Positions 23,542 through 33,482 of a stretch of DNA of 64,000 nucleotides are shown here, piece after piece. The notes under the pieces were generated by a model, which saw nothing but the letters and a program-made list of their open reading frames with translations, was not told where the DNA came from and did not search any database. Each line of letters opens with the position of its first letter. The first letter of the stretch is position 1. Position numbers and translations under genes: made by a program. Location: contig CAWAIF010000003.1 in NCBI GenBank assembly GCA_963782055.1, positions 3,904,001 through 3,968,000 on the forward strand. Reading direction: 5' to 3'. Source of the stretch: an uncultured delta proteobacterium. GTDB lineage: Bacteria > Myxococcota_A > Polyangia > Polyangiales > Polyangiaceae.

Positions 23542-24159
23542 ATGGCTCGAATGATCGACATCACAAAGGGGCTCGTAACCATTTCACCCTTTCCCGAGGA
23601 GCTGCTCGCGGCTCTGCCGGAGTTCGGCATAAGGCCCCGCGCGGCGCCCCTCGAAGAGGCGCTGCGCGACGAGGGCACCGACGTCTTGCTCCTGGCGGTC
23701 CGCAGCCCGGACGACTTCGGCACCATCAGCGCGGCACGTGGCGGCCGCCCGCAGGCGACGCACGTCGCCGCGTGCACCGACGCCATGTGGGTCGGCGACG
23801 CGCTCCGACACGGGGCGGACTTCGCCGTCCACGCCAACGGCGACGCGCTCGTCTCCGCCGTGAAGCGCGCCACCGAGCACGCGGCCCTGCGCCGCAAGCT
23901 CGCGGCGTTCGAGCGGGCGGCGGCCGCGACCATCCCCGGCTCCAAGCTGGAGGACATCGAGCGCCAGGCCATCCTGGTCGCGCTGGACGCGGCCGGTGGC
24001 AGCACCGCCCGCGCCGCGGCGATGCTCGACGTGAGCGTCCGCAAGATCCAGTACAAGCTCCACGACTACGGGGTCGCCCCGCGGCGCCGTACGGCCGCGG
24101 CCGTCCACGCCTCCATTCACGGACAGGTGGCGCACACGAACGGTGGCGCCAGGTACTGA
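23542..24159 (+). CDS. Fis-type HTH protein with degenerate receiver-like N-terminus (start uncertain)
   Basis: C-terminal LEDIERQAILVAL.AAGGSTARAAAMLDVSVRKIQYKL; DALRHGADF resembles the receiver alpha4/beta5 region; no AAA+ domain. Confidence 0.72.
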   Translation: MARMIDITKGLVTISPFPEELLAALPEFGIRPRAAPLEEALRDEGTDVLLLAVRSPDDFGTISAARGGRPQATHVAACTDAMWVGDALRHGADFAVHANGDALVSAVKRATEHAALRRKLAAFERAAAATIPGSKLEDIERQAILVALDAAGGSTARAAAMLDVSVRKIQYKLHDYGVAPRRRTAAAVHASIHGQVAHTNGGARY

Positions 24160-24173
24160 ACGGGTGTACAGTA
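24154..24173. promoter_or_regulatory. Myxobacterial-type LexA (SOS) box
   Basis: TACTGAACGGGTGTACAGTA; reverse strand CTGTACACCCGTTCAG fits the recalled M. xanthus consensus CTRHAMRYBYGTTCAGS except the last base; lies just before a PA0069-type gene. Confidence 0.7.
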
Positions 24174-24179
24174 TGACGA

Positions 24180-25235
24180 GTGAGGCCCCTGCCGCTCGTC
24201 AACCCCCCGAATCCCTTCGCCAAGACGGAGGTCGTGTATCTCGAGGGGGATACCCCCGGTGTCCGGCTGGAGGTCCACCTCGACCGCTCCGGTAGCGTCC
24301 TCTCCCGCAACGACAGCCCGGATCTGGGGTTCACCTACAGCGTGAACCCCTACCGCGGCTGCTTCCACGGCTGCGCGTACTGCTACGCCCGCCCGACGCA
24401 CGAGTACCTGGGCTTCGGCGCGGGCACCGACTTCGAGCGGAAGATCGTGGTGAAGCCGGACGCACCGGCGTTGCTCCGCCGCGCCCTGCGCTCCGCGCGC
24501 ATGGCCGGGCGGCTGATCATGTTCAGCGGCGTGACCGACTGTTACCAGCCGCTGGAGTCGCGCTACCGCCTCACCCGCGGCTGCCTCGAGGCGTGCCTCG
24601 AGCACCGCAACCCGGTCCACGTCGTCACCAAGTCGCCGCTCGTCGAGCGAGACGTGGACGTGCTGCTCGCCCTCTCCCGGGTGGCGCGCGTGGGCGTCTC
24701 GGTGAGCATCCCCTTCTTCCAGGAGGAGCACGCGCGCGCGCTGGAGCCGTACGTCACCACGCCGGCGCGCCGCCTGAAGACCATCGAGCGGCTCGCGCGC
24801 GCGGGCGTCCCCGTCGGCGTCAGCGTCGCTCCCATCGTGCCCGGCCTCGGCGACGAGGACATCCCCGCCGTGCTCCGCGCGGCGAGGGACGCCGGCGCGA
24901 CCTGGGCGTGGCACGCCCTGCTACGCCTCCCGGGCCACGTGCAGGACGTCTTCGTCGCCCGGCTGAAGGAGACGCTCCCCCTGCGTGCGGATTGGGTGCT
25001 CGCGCGCATCCGCGAGACGCGCGACGGCAAGCTGAACGACGCCACCTTCGGCAAGCGCGCCCGCGGGGAGGGGCCCTACGCCGAGACGCTCACCCGCCTC
25101 TTCGAGACGACGGCGCGCCGCCTCGGGCTGGCGTCCGGGGCGGCGGTGGACGAGACGCCGCTCGCCCCCCTGGCCGACGCCGCGCCTCCGGCGGCCCCCG
25201 CGCAGCCTCGGCGCCGTCAGCTCACCCTCTTCTGA
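24180..25235 (+). CDS. Radical SAM protein, PA0069/Rv2578c (SplB-like) family
   Basis: NDSPDLGFTYSVNPYRGCFHGCAYCYARPTHEYLG..AGTDFE; SGVTDCYQPLE; C-terminal QLTLF clamp-binding-like motif. Confidence 0.93.
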   Translation: MRPLPLVNPPNPFAKTEVVYLEGDTPGVRLEVHLDRSGSVLSRNDSPDLGFTYSVNPYRGCFHGCAYCYARPTHEYLGFGAGTDFERKIVVKPDAPALLRRALRSARMAGRLIMFSGVTDCYQPLESRYRLTRGCLEACLEHRNPVHVVTKSPLVERDVDVLLALSRVARVGVSVSIPFFQEEHARALEPYVTTPARRLKTIERLARAGVPVGVSVAPIVPGLGDEDIPAVLRAARDAGATWAWHALLRLPGHVQDVFVARLKETLPLRADWVLARIRETRDGKLNDATFGKRARGEGPYAETLTRLFETTARRLGLASGAAVDETPLAPLADAAPPAAPAQPRRRQLTLF

Positions 25236-25270
25236 CGCCAATCGTCGGCGGACGCGTTTTTCGCTAACGT

Positions 25271-27262
25271 GTGCGACTCCTCATGCGGGTCCTGCGCCAC
25301 GCCGCCGTCGCCCTGCTCCTGTTCGCCGACGCCACGTCGCGCGCGCAGCCCGCGGGCACCGATCCGGGCGCCGTCTACGACGACGACGCGTCCCTGCCGC
25401 AGCACGCCGACGACGTCGCCGACTACACCCTCACCGCGACGCTCGACCCGGTGGCGCACACCGTCCACGGCGAGGGCACCATCCGCTGGCGCAACGCGAG
25501 CGGCGTGTGGGTGCACGAGCTCTGGATGCACCTTTACCTCAACGCCTTCAAGAACGAGCGGAGCGTCTTTCTGCGCGAGCCGGTCGGGCGCTTCCGCGGC
25601 AACAGCGCGGTGCGTGACTGGGGCTACATCGACGTGCGCAAGCTCACCCTGCGCCCGCGCGACCCCGTCGGTTCTCCCGCCGACCTCTGGAAGCACGCCG
25701 AGCTGCACCGCCCGGGCGACGAGGACGAGACCGACGTGCACGTCCCGCTCCCGCGCGACATCGCTCCCGGCGAGACCATCACGATGGACGTCGTCTTCGA
25801 CGACAAGCTCCCGTCGGTGGTGGAGCGCACCGGGTACTACGGCTCCTTCCACATGGTGGGCCAGTGGTTCCCCAAGATCGCGCGCCTCGAGCCGGACGGC
25901 CGCTGGGCGCACTTCCCCTTCCACCACCTCGCCGAGTTCTACTCCGACTTCGGCACCTACGACGTCACCCTGCGCGTGCCGGAGTCCTTCACCATCGGCG
26001 CGACCGGGCCGACGGTGGAGTCGCGCATCGAGGCGGGCACGCGCGTCGAGCGCCACGTGCAGAGCGACATCCACGACTTCGCCTGGTCCGCCTACGACCA
26101 CTTCGAGAAGCGCGAGGAGACCATCGACGGCGTGAAGGTGACCGTGCTCACCCCGCGTGGCTTCGGCTACGACGCCGGGCGCGAGCTCGCGACGATGCGC
26201 TTCGCCCTCCCGTATTACGACAAGCGCTACGGCAGGTACCCGTACTCGGTGCTCACGCTGGTGCACCCGCCGGAGGGCGCGAGCGAGGCGGGCGGCATGG
26301 AGTATCCCACGCTCATCACCACCGGCGGCCCCTGGTACGGCCCGCCCGGCGTGATGGGGATCGAGCTCGTCACCATCCACGAGTTCGGCCACCAGTGGTT
26401 TTACGGCATGCTCGCCTCCGACGAGGTGACCTGGCCCTTCCTCGACGAGGGCATGAACAGCTACGCCGAGCAGGACGCGCTCGCGGCGTGGCGCGGCGGG
26501 GGGTCGGTCGTCGACCTTCTGGGGCTGAAGGTGAGCGACGGCGCGCTGGACGGCTGGGTCTCCGCGCGCCGCGTGCACGACGCGCCCGTCGCGCAGCCCG
26601 CGTACAGCTTCGCCACCGGCCAGGACTACGGCGCGCTGGTGTACGCGCGCACCGCCGCGCTCTTCGAGACCATCGATCGCGTCTACGGCGCCCAGGCCGG
26701 CGCGCGCGCGATCGGCCGCTACGCGCGTCGCGCGCGCTTCCACCACCCGGTGCCAGGCGATCTGCTCGCCAGCTACGAGGAGGTGCTCGGCCCGGACGTG
26801 CGGGCGACCCTGGAGGAGGGGCTCTTCCACGAGGGGTGGGTGGACTACTCCGTCTTCTCGGTGGACAGCCACCGCGCGCGCCTCGCCGCCGGCGTCTTCG
26901 ACCGGCAGGGCAAGCGGGAGACCGTCGCTGGCGCCGCGACCAAGGGCGGCGGCTACGACGGCTGGGTGCTCGTCGCGCGCCACGGCACCCTGCGATTCCC
27001 GGTCGACGTGGACCTGCACTACGCCGACGGCCGCGTCGAGCGAAAGACGTGGGACGGCGAGGGGCAGTACGGCCGGATCGCCTTCTCGTCGCAGAGCCCG
27101 CTCCGCTACGCGGTCGTGGACCCGGAGCACAAGGTGCTCGTCGACCAGGACTTCACCAACAACTTCGCGCGGGCGAGCGGCGCGCCGGAGGCGAGCACGT
27201 CGCGCACGCTGGAGCGCGCCACCTACGCCGGCCAGCTCCTGCTCTCCGGGGTGCTCCCGTGA
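25271..27262 (+). CDS. Secreted M1-family (gluzincin) metallopeptidase
   Basis: Signal peptide; GGMEYP; HEFGHQWFYG...WPFLDEG. Confidence 0.92.
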   Translation: MRLLMRVLRHAAVALLLFADATSRAQPAGTDPGAVYDDDASLPQHADDVADYTLTATLDPVAHTVHGEGTIRWRNASGVWVHELWMHLYLNAFKNERSVFLREPVGRFRGNSAVRDWGYIDVRKLTLRPRDPVGSPADLWKHAELHRPGDEDETDVHVPLPRDIAPGETITMDVVFDDKLPSVVERTGYYGSFHMVGQWFPKIARLEPDGRWAHFPFHHLAEFYSDFGTYDVTLRVPESFTIGATGPTVESRIEAGTRVERHVQSDIHDFAWSAYDHFEKREETIDGVKVTVLTPRGFGYDAGRELATMRFALPYYDKRYGRYPYSVLTLVHPPEGASEAGGMEYPTLITTGGPWYGPPGVMGIELVTIHEFGHQWFYGMLASDEVTWPFLDEGMNSYAEQDALAAWRGGGSVVDLLGLKVSDGALDGWVSARRVHDAPVAQPAYSFATGQDYGALVYARTAALFETIDRVYGAQAGARAIGRYARRARFHHPVPGDLLASYEEVLGPDVRATLEEGLFHEGWVDYSVFSVDSHRARLAAGVFDRQGKRETVAGAATKGGGYDGWVLVARHGTLRFPVDVDLHYADGRVERKTWDGEGQYGRIAFSSQSPLRYAVVDPEHKVLVDQDFTNNFARASGAPEASTSRTLERATYAGQLLLSGVLP

Positions 27263-28236
27263 CCGAGCCGACGAGCGCGCGCGAGCAGGGGACGCCGTCG
27301 TCGCGCGGACCGGACGTCGGCGGGCCGGAGTCGGTCCGCAAGGGCACGCGCCTCGTGCTCCTGGCCAACCACGCGATGCGCGCGCGGCGGCGCCCGCGGG
27401 CCATCCTCGTCCTGTACGCCTACCAGACCATCCTCGCCCTGCTCGTCGCGTGGCCGGTGGCCAGCGCGGTGGGCGCGACGTACGGCTCGCACCCCCGCGG
27501 CGACGCGGTGCTCTTCGACCCCGGCGGCTACAATCTCCTCGCCTTCGTGCGCGCATCGCAGAGCGCCATCACGCCGTTGTTCACGCTGGCGCTCGTGGTG
27601 GTCGCCTTCGGCGCGCTGCTCGGGCTGGTGCCGCTCATCGCGCTCATCACGTCCATCGCGCACACCACACCGGACGTCAGGGCGCCGCGCGCGCGCCACG
27701 TGGCTCCGTACGTGATGGCCACCTTCGCCCCGATGACGATCCTGCTCGTGGCGGCGGGCGCGCTCGAGCTGGCCGTCCTGGTGGTCGGCCTCGTCGCCTT
27801 CGGCGCGGTCCGCCAGAGCCTCGCGACGAGCGCCGGCGAGGCGCACGCCGACCAGATCGCCGCCGTGGTGCTCGTGCTCTTCCTCCTGGCGCTCGCCGCG
27901 GTCGGGGTGGTCCACGACCTGGCGCGCGCGGCGCTGGTGCGCTTCCGCGCGTCCGTGCTTCAGGCGCTGCGCGCGGCGCTGGTGACCTACCTCAAGCGTC
28001 CCTGGCGATTGCTCTGGTCGTGGGGGTGGCGCAGCGGCTCCGGCTGGCTGGCGGTGACCCTGGTCGCCCTCCTCGCCGCGCGGCTGGGGGCCTCCACCGC
28101 CGCCCTGGTGGCGCTCGTGTGCCTGCACCAGCTCGTGGCGGCGGCGCGGGTCGGGCTGCGCGCGTCCTGGCTCGCCGAGGCCCTGCGTAGCGTGGACGAG
28201 GTGCCCAATCCGCCACGCTCCAGCCGCTTGCTGTAA
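27259..28236 (+). CDS. Multi-pass membrane protein coupled to the M1 peptidase (start may be ATG 27376)
   Basis: GTGA overlap with peptidase stop; 5-6 hydrophobic segments. Confidence 0.7.
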   Translation: MTEPTSAREQGTPSSRGPDVGGPESVRKGTRLVLLANHAMRARRRPRAILVLYAYQTILALLVAWPVASAVGATYGSHPRGDAVLFDPGGYNLLAFVRASQSAITPLFTLALVVVAFGALLGLVPLIALITSIAHTTPDVRAPRARHVAPYVMATFAPMTILLVAAGALELAVLVVGLVAFGAVRQSLATSAGEAHADQIAAVVLVLFLLALAAVGVVHDLARAALVRFRASVLQALRAALVTYLKRPWRLLWSWGWRSGSGWLAVTLVALLAARLGASTAALVALVCLHQLVAAARVGLRASWLAEALRSVDEVPNPPRSSRLL

Positions 28237-28363
28237 ATTTCCACCATCGGCAGAATTTGCGCCTGCAGGGCGGATTTTGGGTTCCCAGGGTCGCGCTGGG
28301 TGGCTATCCCCTCTGTGGGCCGGTCCGGTTTCGACACACCGAGTCAATCCGTACGGATGACCC

Positions 28364-29362
28364 GTGTTTCAGCCGCGGGTGGGCCATCAGAGGTACCTAT
28401 TGCAGCACAGTCCGCGACTGCTCACCCTCGCCGCGCTCACGCCGCTCCTTGCCGCCAGCGTCCTCTCCAGCAGCCTCGGGGGCTGCAGCCACCAGGTCCC
28501 CTCCCCCGCCGTCGCGGCGGCGGTGGCGCCGGCCTTCGTGCGCGGGCCGATGCAGCGTAGCCGCGCCGGGGCGCGCTATGATCAGCGCGGCGCGCGACTC
28601 GCGCCGGTCCAGGATCTGCGACTGCTGCCGACGCCCCGCCCCTCGAGCCTCGCCGACAGCCTGCTCGACGACGACCGGCCCCTGCCCGACAACGGCCTCT
28701 GCCCGCCGGACATGGCCTCCATCGACGACCGCTTCTGCATCGATCGCTACGAGGCCTCGCTGGTCGAGATCCTGCCCAACGGCGAGGAGCGCCCCTGGTC
28801 GCCCTTCGAGTCGCTGGACAGCGCGGGCGGTCACCCGGTGGTGCGCGCCATGAGCGCCGGCGGCGTCGTCCCGCAGGCGTACATCAACGAGGTGCAGGCG
28901 AAGGCGGCCTGCGCGCGCTCCGGCAAGCGGCTCTGCGAGCCCACCGAGTGGCGGAAGGCGTGCATGGGACCGTCCAAGACGACCTACCCCTACGGCCGCA
29001 CCGACGAGCCCGGCGTCTGCAACGATCACGGGCGCGCGCCGATGCTGGCGCTCTTCCACCTGGGCGGCGGCAGCAACCCGAAGCTCTGGCCGAAGCACAT
29101 GAACGACCCGCGGCTGGATCAGCTCCCGGGCACCGTCGCGCTCACCGGCTCGCACTCCGGCTGCACCAACGGCTACGGCGTCTACGACATGGTCGGCAAC
29201 GTGCACGAGTGGGTCGACGACCCGAAGGGCACCTTCCAGGGCGGCTTCTACCTGGACACGCACGAGCTCGGTGACGGCTGCAAGTACCGCACGCCCGGGC
29301 ACGACATCTACTACCACGACTACTCGACCGGCTTCCGGTGCTGCGCCGACGTCGCGCCCTGA
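28364..29362 (+). CDS. FGE-sulfatase (SUMF1-like) domain protein, likely exported (start uncertain)
   Basis: CPPDM..FCIDRYEAS, GKRLCEPTEWRKAC, YPYG, GVYDMVGNVHEWV, TGFRCCAD. Confidence 0.88.
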   Translation: MFQPRVGHQRYLLQHSPRLLTLAALTPLLAASVLSSSLGGCSHQVPSPAVAAAVAPAFVRGPMQRSRAGARYDQRGARLAPVQDLRLLPTPRPSSLADSLLDDDRPLPDNGLCPPDMASIDDRFCIDRYEASLVEILPNGEERPWSPFESLDSAGGHPVVRAMSAGGVVPQAYINEVQAKAACARSGKRLCEPTEWRKACMGPSKTTYPYGRTDEPGVCNDHGRAPMLALFHLGGGSNPKLWPKHMNDPRLDQLPGTVALTGSHSGCTNGYGVYDMVGNVHEWVDDPKGTFQGGFYLDTHELGDGCKYRTPGHDIYYHDYSTGFRCCADVAP

Positions 29363-29368
29363 GAGGTT

Positions 29369-30454
29369 GTGACGGACCCGGGATGCGCCTCTCGCAGCCT
29401 CAGGAGGGCGCTTGTGGCGGGGGCATCCCTCGCGCTGAGCGCCGCGCTCCTCGCGTGCCCCTCGGCGCCTGAGCGACCGGCGCCCCCGCATCCTCCTCCG
29501 ACCGCGGCGACCTCCGCCGCGCCGACCGCGTCGAGCGTGCGCGCGACGGCCGAGCTGGACGCGTCGGTCGCGCCTGCCCCCCACCCCCGGGCGCTGCCCG
29601 GCCTCGCCGTGGTCGACCAGTGCGTGGTGCCGCGCACGCCGGCGCAGGACGCCGGCATACCGATGGACTTCGATATCCCCTACGGCCCCGACGAGCGGCA
29701 GCGGGTGGACATCGCCTGGCCGGAGGGCAAGCCGAAGGGGCTGGTGGTGCTCATCCACGGCGGCGGATGGACGGCGGGCTACAAGGCGCTCTTCCGCCCC
29801 ACGGCGCGCACCCTCGCGAGCCTCGGCTACGTCGCCGCGACCGTCGGCTACCGCATGGCCCGCGACGACGCGCGCGCCTTCCCGGTGGGCCTCGCCGACG
29901 TGCGCTGCGGCATCCGTCTGGCGATGCGCAAGGCGCACGAGCGTGGCGCCATCCGGACCGCGCTGCTCGGCGCGTCGGCGGGCGCGCACCTGGCGGTGAT
30001 GGTGGACGTGGCGGGCGACGCGCAGGGCTTCGACGGCGACTGCCCCGAGAAGGGCCCCATCCACGTCGACGGCACCGTGGCGTACTACCCGCCGCTCGAC
30101 ATCGAGCACTCGCGCGAGCACTACCCCCCGCGCATGCAGAAGGCCGTGGATGAGCTGCTGCGCGTGGACGGCGGCCCGGCGGAGTGGATGGCGCACGCGC
30201 GCGCGGCCACGCCGGCCAACTACGTCGACTCCTCCGACCCGCCCATCCTCCTCTTGCACGGGCACGACGACCCCATCGTCCCGGTGCAGGATTCCCGCGA
30301 CTTCGAGCGATTGTTGCGGCGTGCCCACGTGCCCACGCGCTTCGTCGAGGTGCCGGGGGAGAAGCACGGCTTCTTCGTGCTGGGCCGGCGCGCCGCCCTG
30401 CGCCGCGCGAGCTGCACCGCGCTTCGTTTTCTGGAGGTGGTGCTCGGCCCCTGA
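29369..30454 (+). CDS. Alpha/beta hydrolase (HSL-like esterase), probable lipoprotein
   Basis: LLAC lipobox; HGGGW oxyanion motif; GASAG nucleophile; HG..D.IVP; HGF. Confidence 0.88.
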   Translation: MTDPGCASRSLRRALVAGASLALSAALLACPSAPERPAPPHPPPTAATSAAPTASSVRATAELDASVAPAPHPRALPGLAVVDQCVVPRTPAQDAGIPMDFDIPYGPDERQRVDIAWPEGKPKGLVVLIHGGGWTAGYKALFRPTARTLASLGYVAATVGYRMARDDARAFPVGLADVRCGIRLAMRKAHERGAIRTALLGASAGAHLAVMVDVAGDAQGFDGDCPEKGPIHVDGTVAYYPPLDIEHSREHYPPRMQKAVDELLRVDGGPAEWMAHARAATPANYVDSSDPPILLLHGHDDPIVPVQDSRDFERLLRRAHVPTRFVEVPGEKHGFFVLGRRAALRRASCTALRFLEVVLGP

Positions 30455-30469
30455 TAGAAGTGGGGGGTC

Positions 30470-31915
30470 ATGCGCCGCGCGCTGCTTCTCCTCCTGGCCG
30501 TCGCCACCCCGCTCGCCTGCCACAACACGAGCGCCGACACCGAGAGCCCCACGAAGAACGCCGCGAGCGCCGGGGTGACGGTCGCCGCGCCGGGCACCAA
30601 GGTGGCCGCCACCGCCGCGGCCGCCGCCGACCCGCAGGCGGCCAGGCTCCCGCCGCCCGCGCCGGCCTGTGAAGCCATCCCGGCCGACGCCTACGCGCTC
30701 CCCCCGCTGGACACGAAGGTGGTGACCGCGGCGCTCGGGCCCATCGTCGACGCCTCCGGCGACATGAACCGCTTCTACGAGCGCCTCGCCCGGCTGGTGC
30801 GCGGCGAGGCGAAGGACCACGTCCGCATCGGTGTCTACGGCGACTCCAACATGACGATGGACTTCATCACCGGCGCGATGCGCCGCATGTTCCAGGAGAA
30901 GCTCGGGGACGGCGGCCACGGCTTCGTCGCGCTCGCGCGCCCGTGGCCCTGGTACCGCCACATGGACGTGAAGATGGAGCTCGACGAGAAGAGGTGGCGC
31001 AAGATCGCCACGAGCACCAACCACGTCCGCGACGGCGAGTACGGGATGGCCAACATCGCCGCCGACAGCTCCACCCCCGGCGCGTGGAGCTGGGTGGCCA
31101 CGGCGGGCGACTCGCAGCCCATCGGCAAGGCGGTCAGCTCGGTAGATGTATTCTACATGAAACGGCCGAACGGCGGCGCCTTCGCCATCAAGGTGGACGG
31201 CAAGAAGGTGAAGGACGTGGTGGCCGCGTCCACCGAGACGACCGCCGCCTTCGAGCACCTGGACGTGCCCGACGGGCCGCACAAGATCGAGTGCGTCGTC
31301 GAGTCGGGTGACGTGCGCATGTTCGGCGCGTCGCTCGAGCGCGCCACGCCGAGCATCATCGTCGACTCGCTGGGCACCGGCGCGCTCAACTACGAGCAGA
31401 TGAGGCACGTGACGGCGGCGTCGCGCGACCCCATGCTCGAGCGCCGCAAGTACGACCTCATCGTCTTCCTCATCGGCACCAACCTCTTCGCGCCGGCCTA
31501 CCACGAGAAGTGGATGAGCACCGTCATCGACGGCATGGAGAAGGCGGTGCCCGGCACGCCCATCCTTGTGCTCAGCCCGCCGGACATCGAGCTGCACCAG
31601 TCGGACAAGCACTCCGACCCGCGCATCGTGAAGCTCTCCAGGCAGCTCGCAGACATCGCCGGGCGCCACCACTGGGCGTTCTGGGACTTCCGCGCGGCGA
31701 TGGGCGGCGACGACTCCATGCTGCGCTTCGCCCGCAAGGGCCTGGCGAACTGGGACCTCGTCCACCTGACGAAGGGCGGCGGCGCCATCATGGGGCGGCG
31801 GCTGGGCCACGCCCTCTTCGAGGGCTTCGCCGGCTACCTGAAGGAGCACCCGGACGCGGGCTGCAAGGCGCCGGTGGCCGCCGGCGACGCGCAGCAGCCG
31901 CAGGCCGCGAAGTAG
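30470..31915 (+). CDS. SGNH/GDSL-fold lipoprotein (O-acetyltransferase/esterase-like)
   Basis: PLAC lipobox; YGDSN; GDGGHGFV; IGTN; WDLVHLT (DxxH). Confidence 0.82.
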   Translation: MRRALLLLLAVATPLACHNTSADTESPTKNAASAGVTVAAPGTKVAATAAAAADPQAARLPPPAPACEAIPADAYALPPLDTKVVTAALGPIVDASGDMNRFYERLARLVRGEAKDHVRIGVYGDSNMTMDFITGAMRRMFQEKLGDGGHGFVALARPWPWYRHMDVKMELDEKRWRKIATSTNHVRDGEYGMANIAADSSTPGAWSWVATAGDSQPIGKAVSSVDVFYMKRPNGGAFAIKVDGKKVKDVVAASTETTAAFEHLDVPDGPHKIECVVESGDVRMFGASLERATPSIIVDSLGTGALNYEQMRHVTAASRDPMLERRKYDLIVFLIGTNLFAPAYHEKWMSTVIDGMEKAVPGTPILVLSPPDIELHQSDKHSDPRIVKLSRQLADIAGRHHWAFWDFRAAMGGDDSMLRFARKGLANWDLVHLTKGGGAIMGRRLGHALFEGFAGYLKEHPDAGCKAPVAAGDAQQPQAAK

Positions 31916-31927
31916 CGAGGCGGCGGG

Positions 31928-33424
31928 CTACGCCTTGCCGAGCTTCTGCATCAGCGCCTCGTAGCGGCGCGCCGGGCCGTCCCAGCCGTGGTCCAGCCGC
32001 ATCACGCGGCGGGTCAGCGTCGGCCACGCGGGCGTGACGCGCGCGGCGAGGGCGCGCTCCACCGCGCCGAGCAGCGCCTCGGGCGTCTCCCCGTCGAAGA
32101 GGAAGCCGGTGCCGGTCTCCAGCTTGGCGTCGCAGTCGACCACCGTGTCGACGAGCCCGCCCACCGCGCGCGCGACAGGCGGCGCGCCGTAGCGCTGGCC
32201 GTACTGCTGCACCAGGCCGCACGGCTCGTAGCGGCTGGGCACCAGGGTCACGTCGGCGGCGGCGAACATGCGGTGCACGAGCGGCTCGCTCGCCGCGCGC
32301 ACGAAGACGGCGCGCGCCCTCCCCGCCTCTTCCCCCGCGGCCGGCGCGTCCAGCGTCCGCGACTTGCCGACCGCCGCCTCCACCTTGGCCACCAGCTCCG
32401 GATCGCCATCGCCGGCCACCACCACCTGCGCGTCGGTCGCTTGCAGGATCTTGGGCAGCGCGGCGGCGAGGATGTCGGTGCCCTTCTGGTGCACCATGCG
32501 CCCCACGCTCACCAGCACCGGGGCGGTGGGCTCCAGCGCCAGGCCGAGCTCCCGCTGCAGCGCGCCCTTGTCGCGCATCTTGGGGGCGGTGTCCTCGGCG
32601 TCGTAGCGCGCGGCGAGCGCGGCGTCGGTCGCCGGGTTCCACACCGAGTAGTCGATGCCGTTCAGGATGCCGACCACACGCGTGGCGCGCGCGCGGACGA
32701 CGCCGTCCAGCCCGTGACCGCCCGCCTCGGTCTCCAGCTCGCGCGCGTAGGTGGCGCTCACTGTGGAGACGGCGTCGGCGGTGAGGATGCCCAGCTTGAG
32801 GAAGTTCACCTTGCCGTAGAACTCGATGCCGTCGACGTGGAACACGTCCCAGGAGAGGCCGAGCGATGGGAGCGTCTCCTTGGCGAAGACGCCCTGGTGC
32901 GCGACGTTGTGCAGGGTGAGCAGCGAGCGCGTCGCCGCGAGCTCGGGCGTCTCCTTCTCGAGGGAGCGCAGGCAGGTGGGCACCAGCGCGGCCGGCCAGT
33001 CGTGGCCGTGCACCACGTCGTAGGGCTGGCCCGTCTGCGCGCGGGCGCGCGCGATCTCCGCGACGGCATGGCAGAAGAGCGCGAAGCGCTGCGCGTTGTC
33101 CGGGTAGTCCTCGCCGTTCTCCCCGTAGACGCCCGCGCGGTCGAAGAGGCCGGGCGCGTCCACCAGGACGATGTCCACCTGCGAGGCGAGGCGGCCGTCG
33201 AAGAGGGTCACCTCGACCGTCTTGTCGCCCATCGTCACCTTCAGCGGGGTGAGGCGGCGGGCGACCAGCAGGCCCCCCGACTCGAACGCGGCGAAGCGCG
33301 GCAGCACGACGGTGACCTTGTGGCCGAGGGCGCGGAGCGCCTTGGGGAGCGCCGCCGCCACGTCGGCCAGGCCGCCGACCTTCACGAAGGGCGCGAGCTC
33401 GGTGCAGGCGAAGAGGATGTCCAT
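31928..33424 (-). CDS. glgA: Glycogen synthase (GT5)
   Basis: ELAPFVKVGGLADV, YPDNAQRF, HGHDW, TLHNVAHQG, NGIDY..WNP, PSRYEPCGLVQ, VGGLVDTV. Confidence 0.96.
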   Translation of the reverse strand: MDILFACTELAPFVKVGGLADVAAALPKALRALGHKVTVVLPRFAAFESGGLLVARRLTPLKVTMGDKTVEVTLFDGRLASQVDIVLVDAPGLFDRAGVYGENGEDYPDNAQRFALFCHAVAEIARARAQTGQPYDVVHGHDWPAALVPTCLRSLEKETPELAATRSLLTLHNVAHQGVFAKETLPSLGLSWDVFHVDGIEFYGKVNFLKLGILTADAVSTVSATYARELETEAGGHGLDGVVRARATRVVGILNGIDYSVWNPATDAALAARYDAEDTAPKMRDKGALQRELGLALEPTAPVLVSVGRMVHQKGTDILAAALPKILQATDAQVVVAGDGDPELVAKVEAAVGKSRTLDAPAAGEEAGRARAVFVRAASEPLVHRMFAAADVTLVPSRYEPCGLVQQYGQRYGAPPVARAVGGLVDTVVDCDAKLETGTGFLFDGETPEALLGAVERALAARVTPAWPTLTRRVMRLDHGWDGPARRYEALMQKLGKA

Positions 33425-33482
33425 GTCGGCCCGGGGTTTAGCATCCTTTGCGTACTCCCGTGGATTGATCTACACGCCTGGG

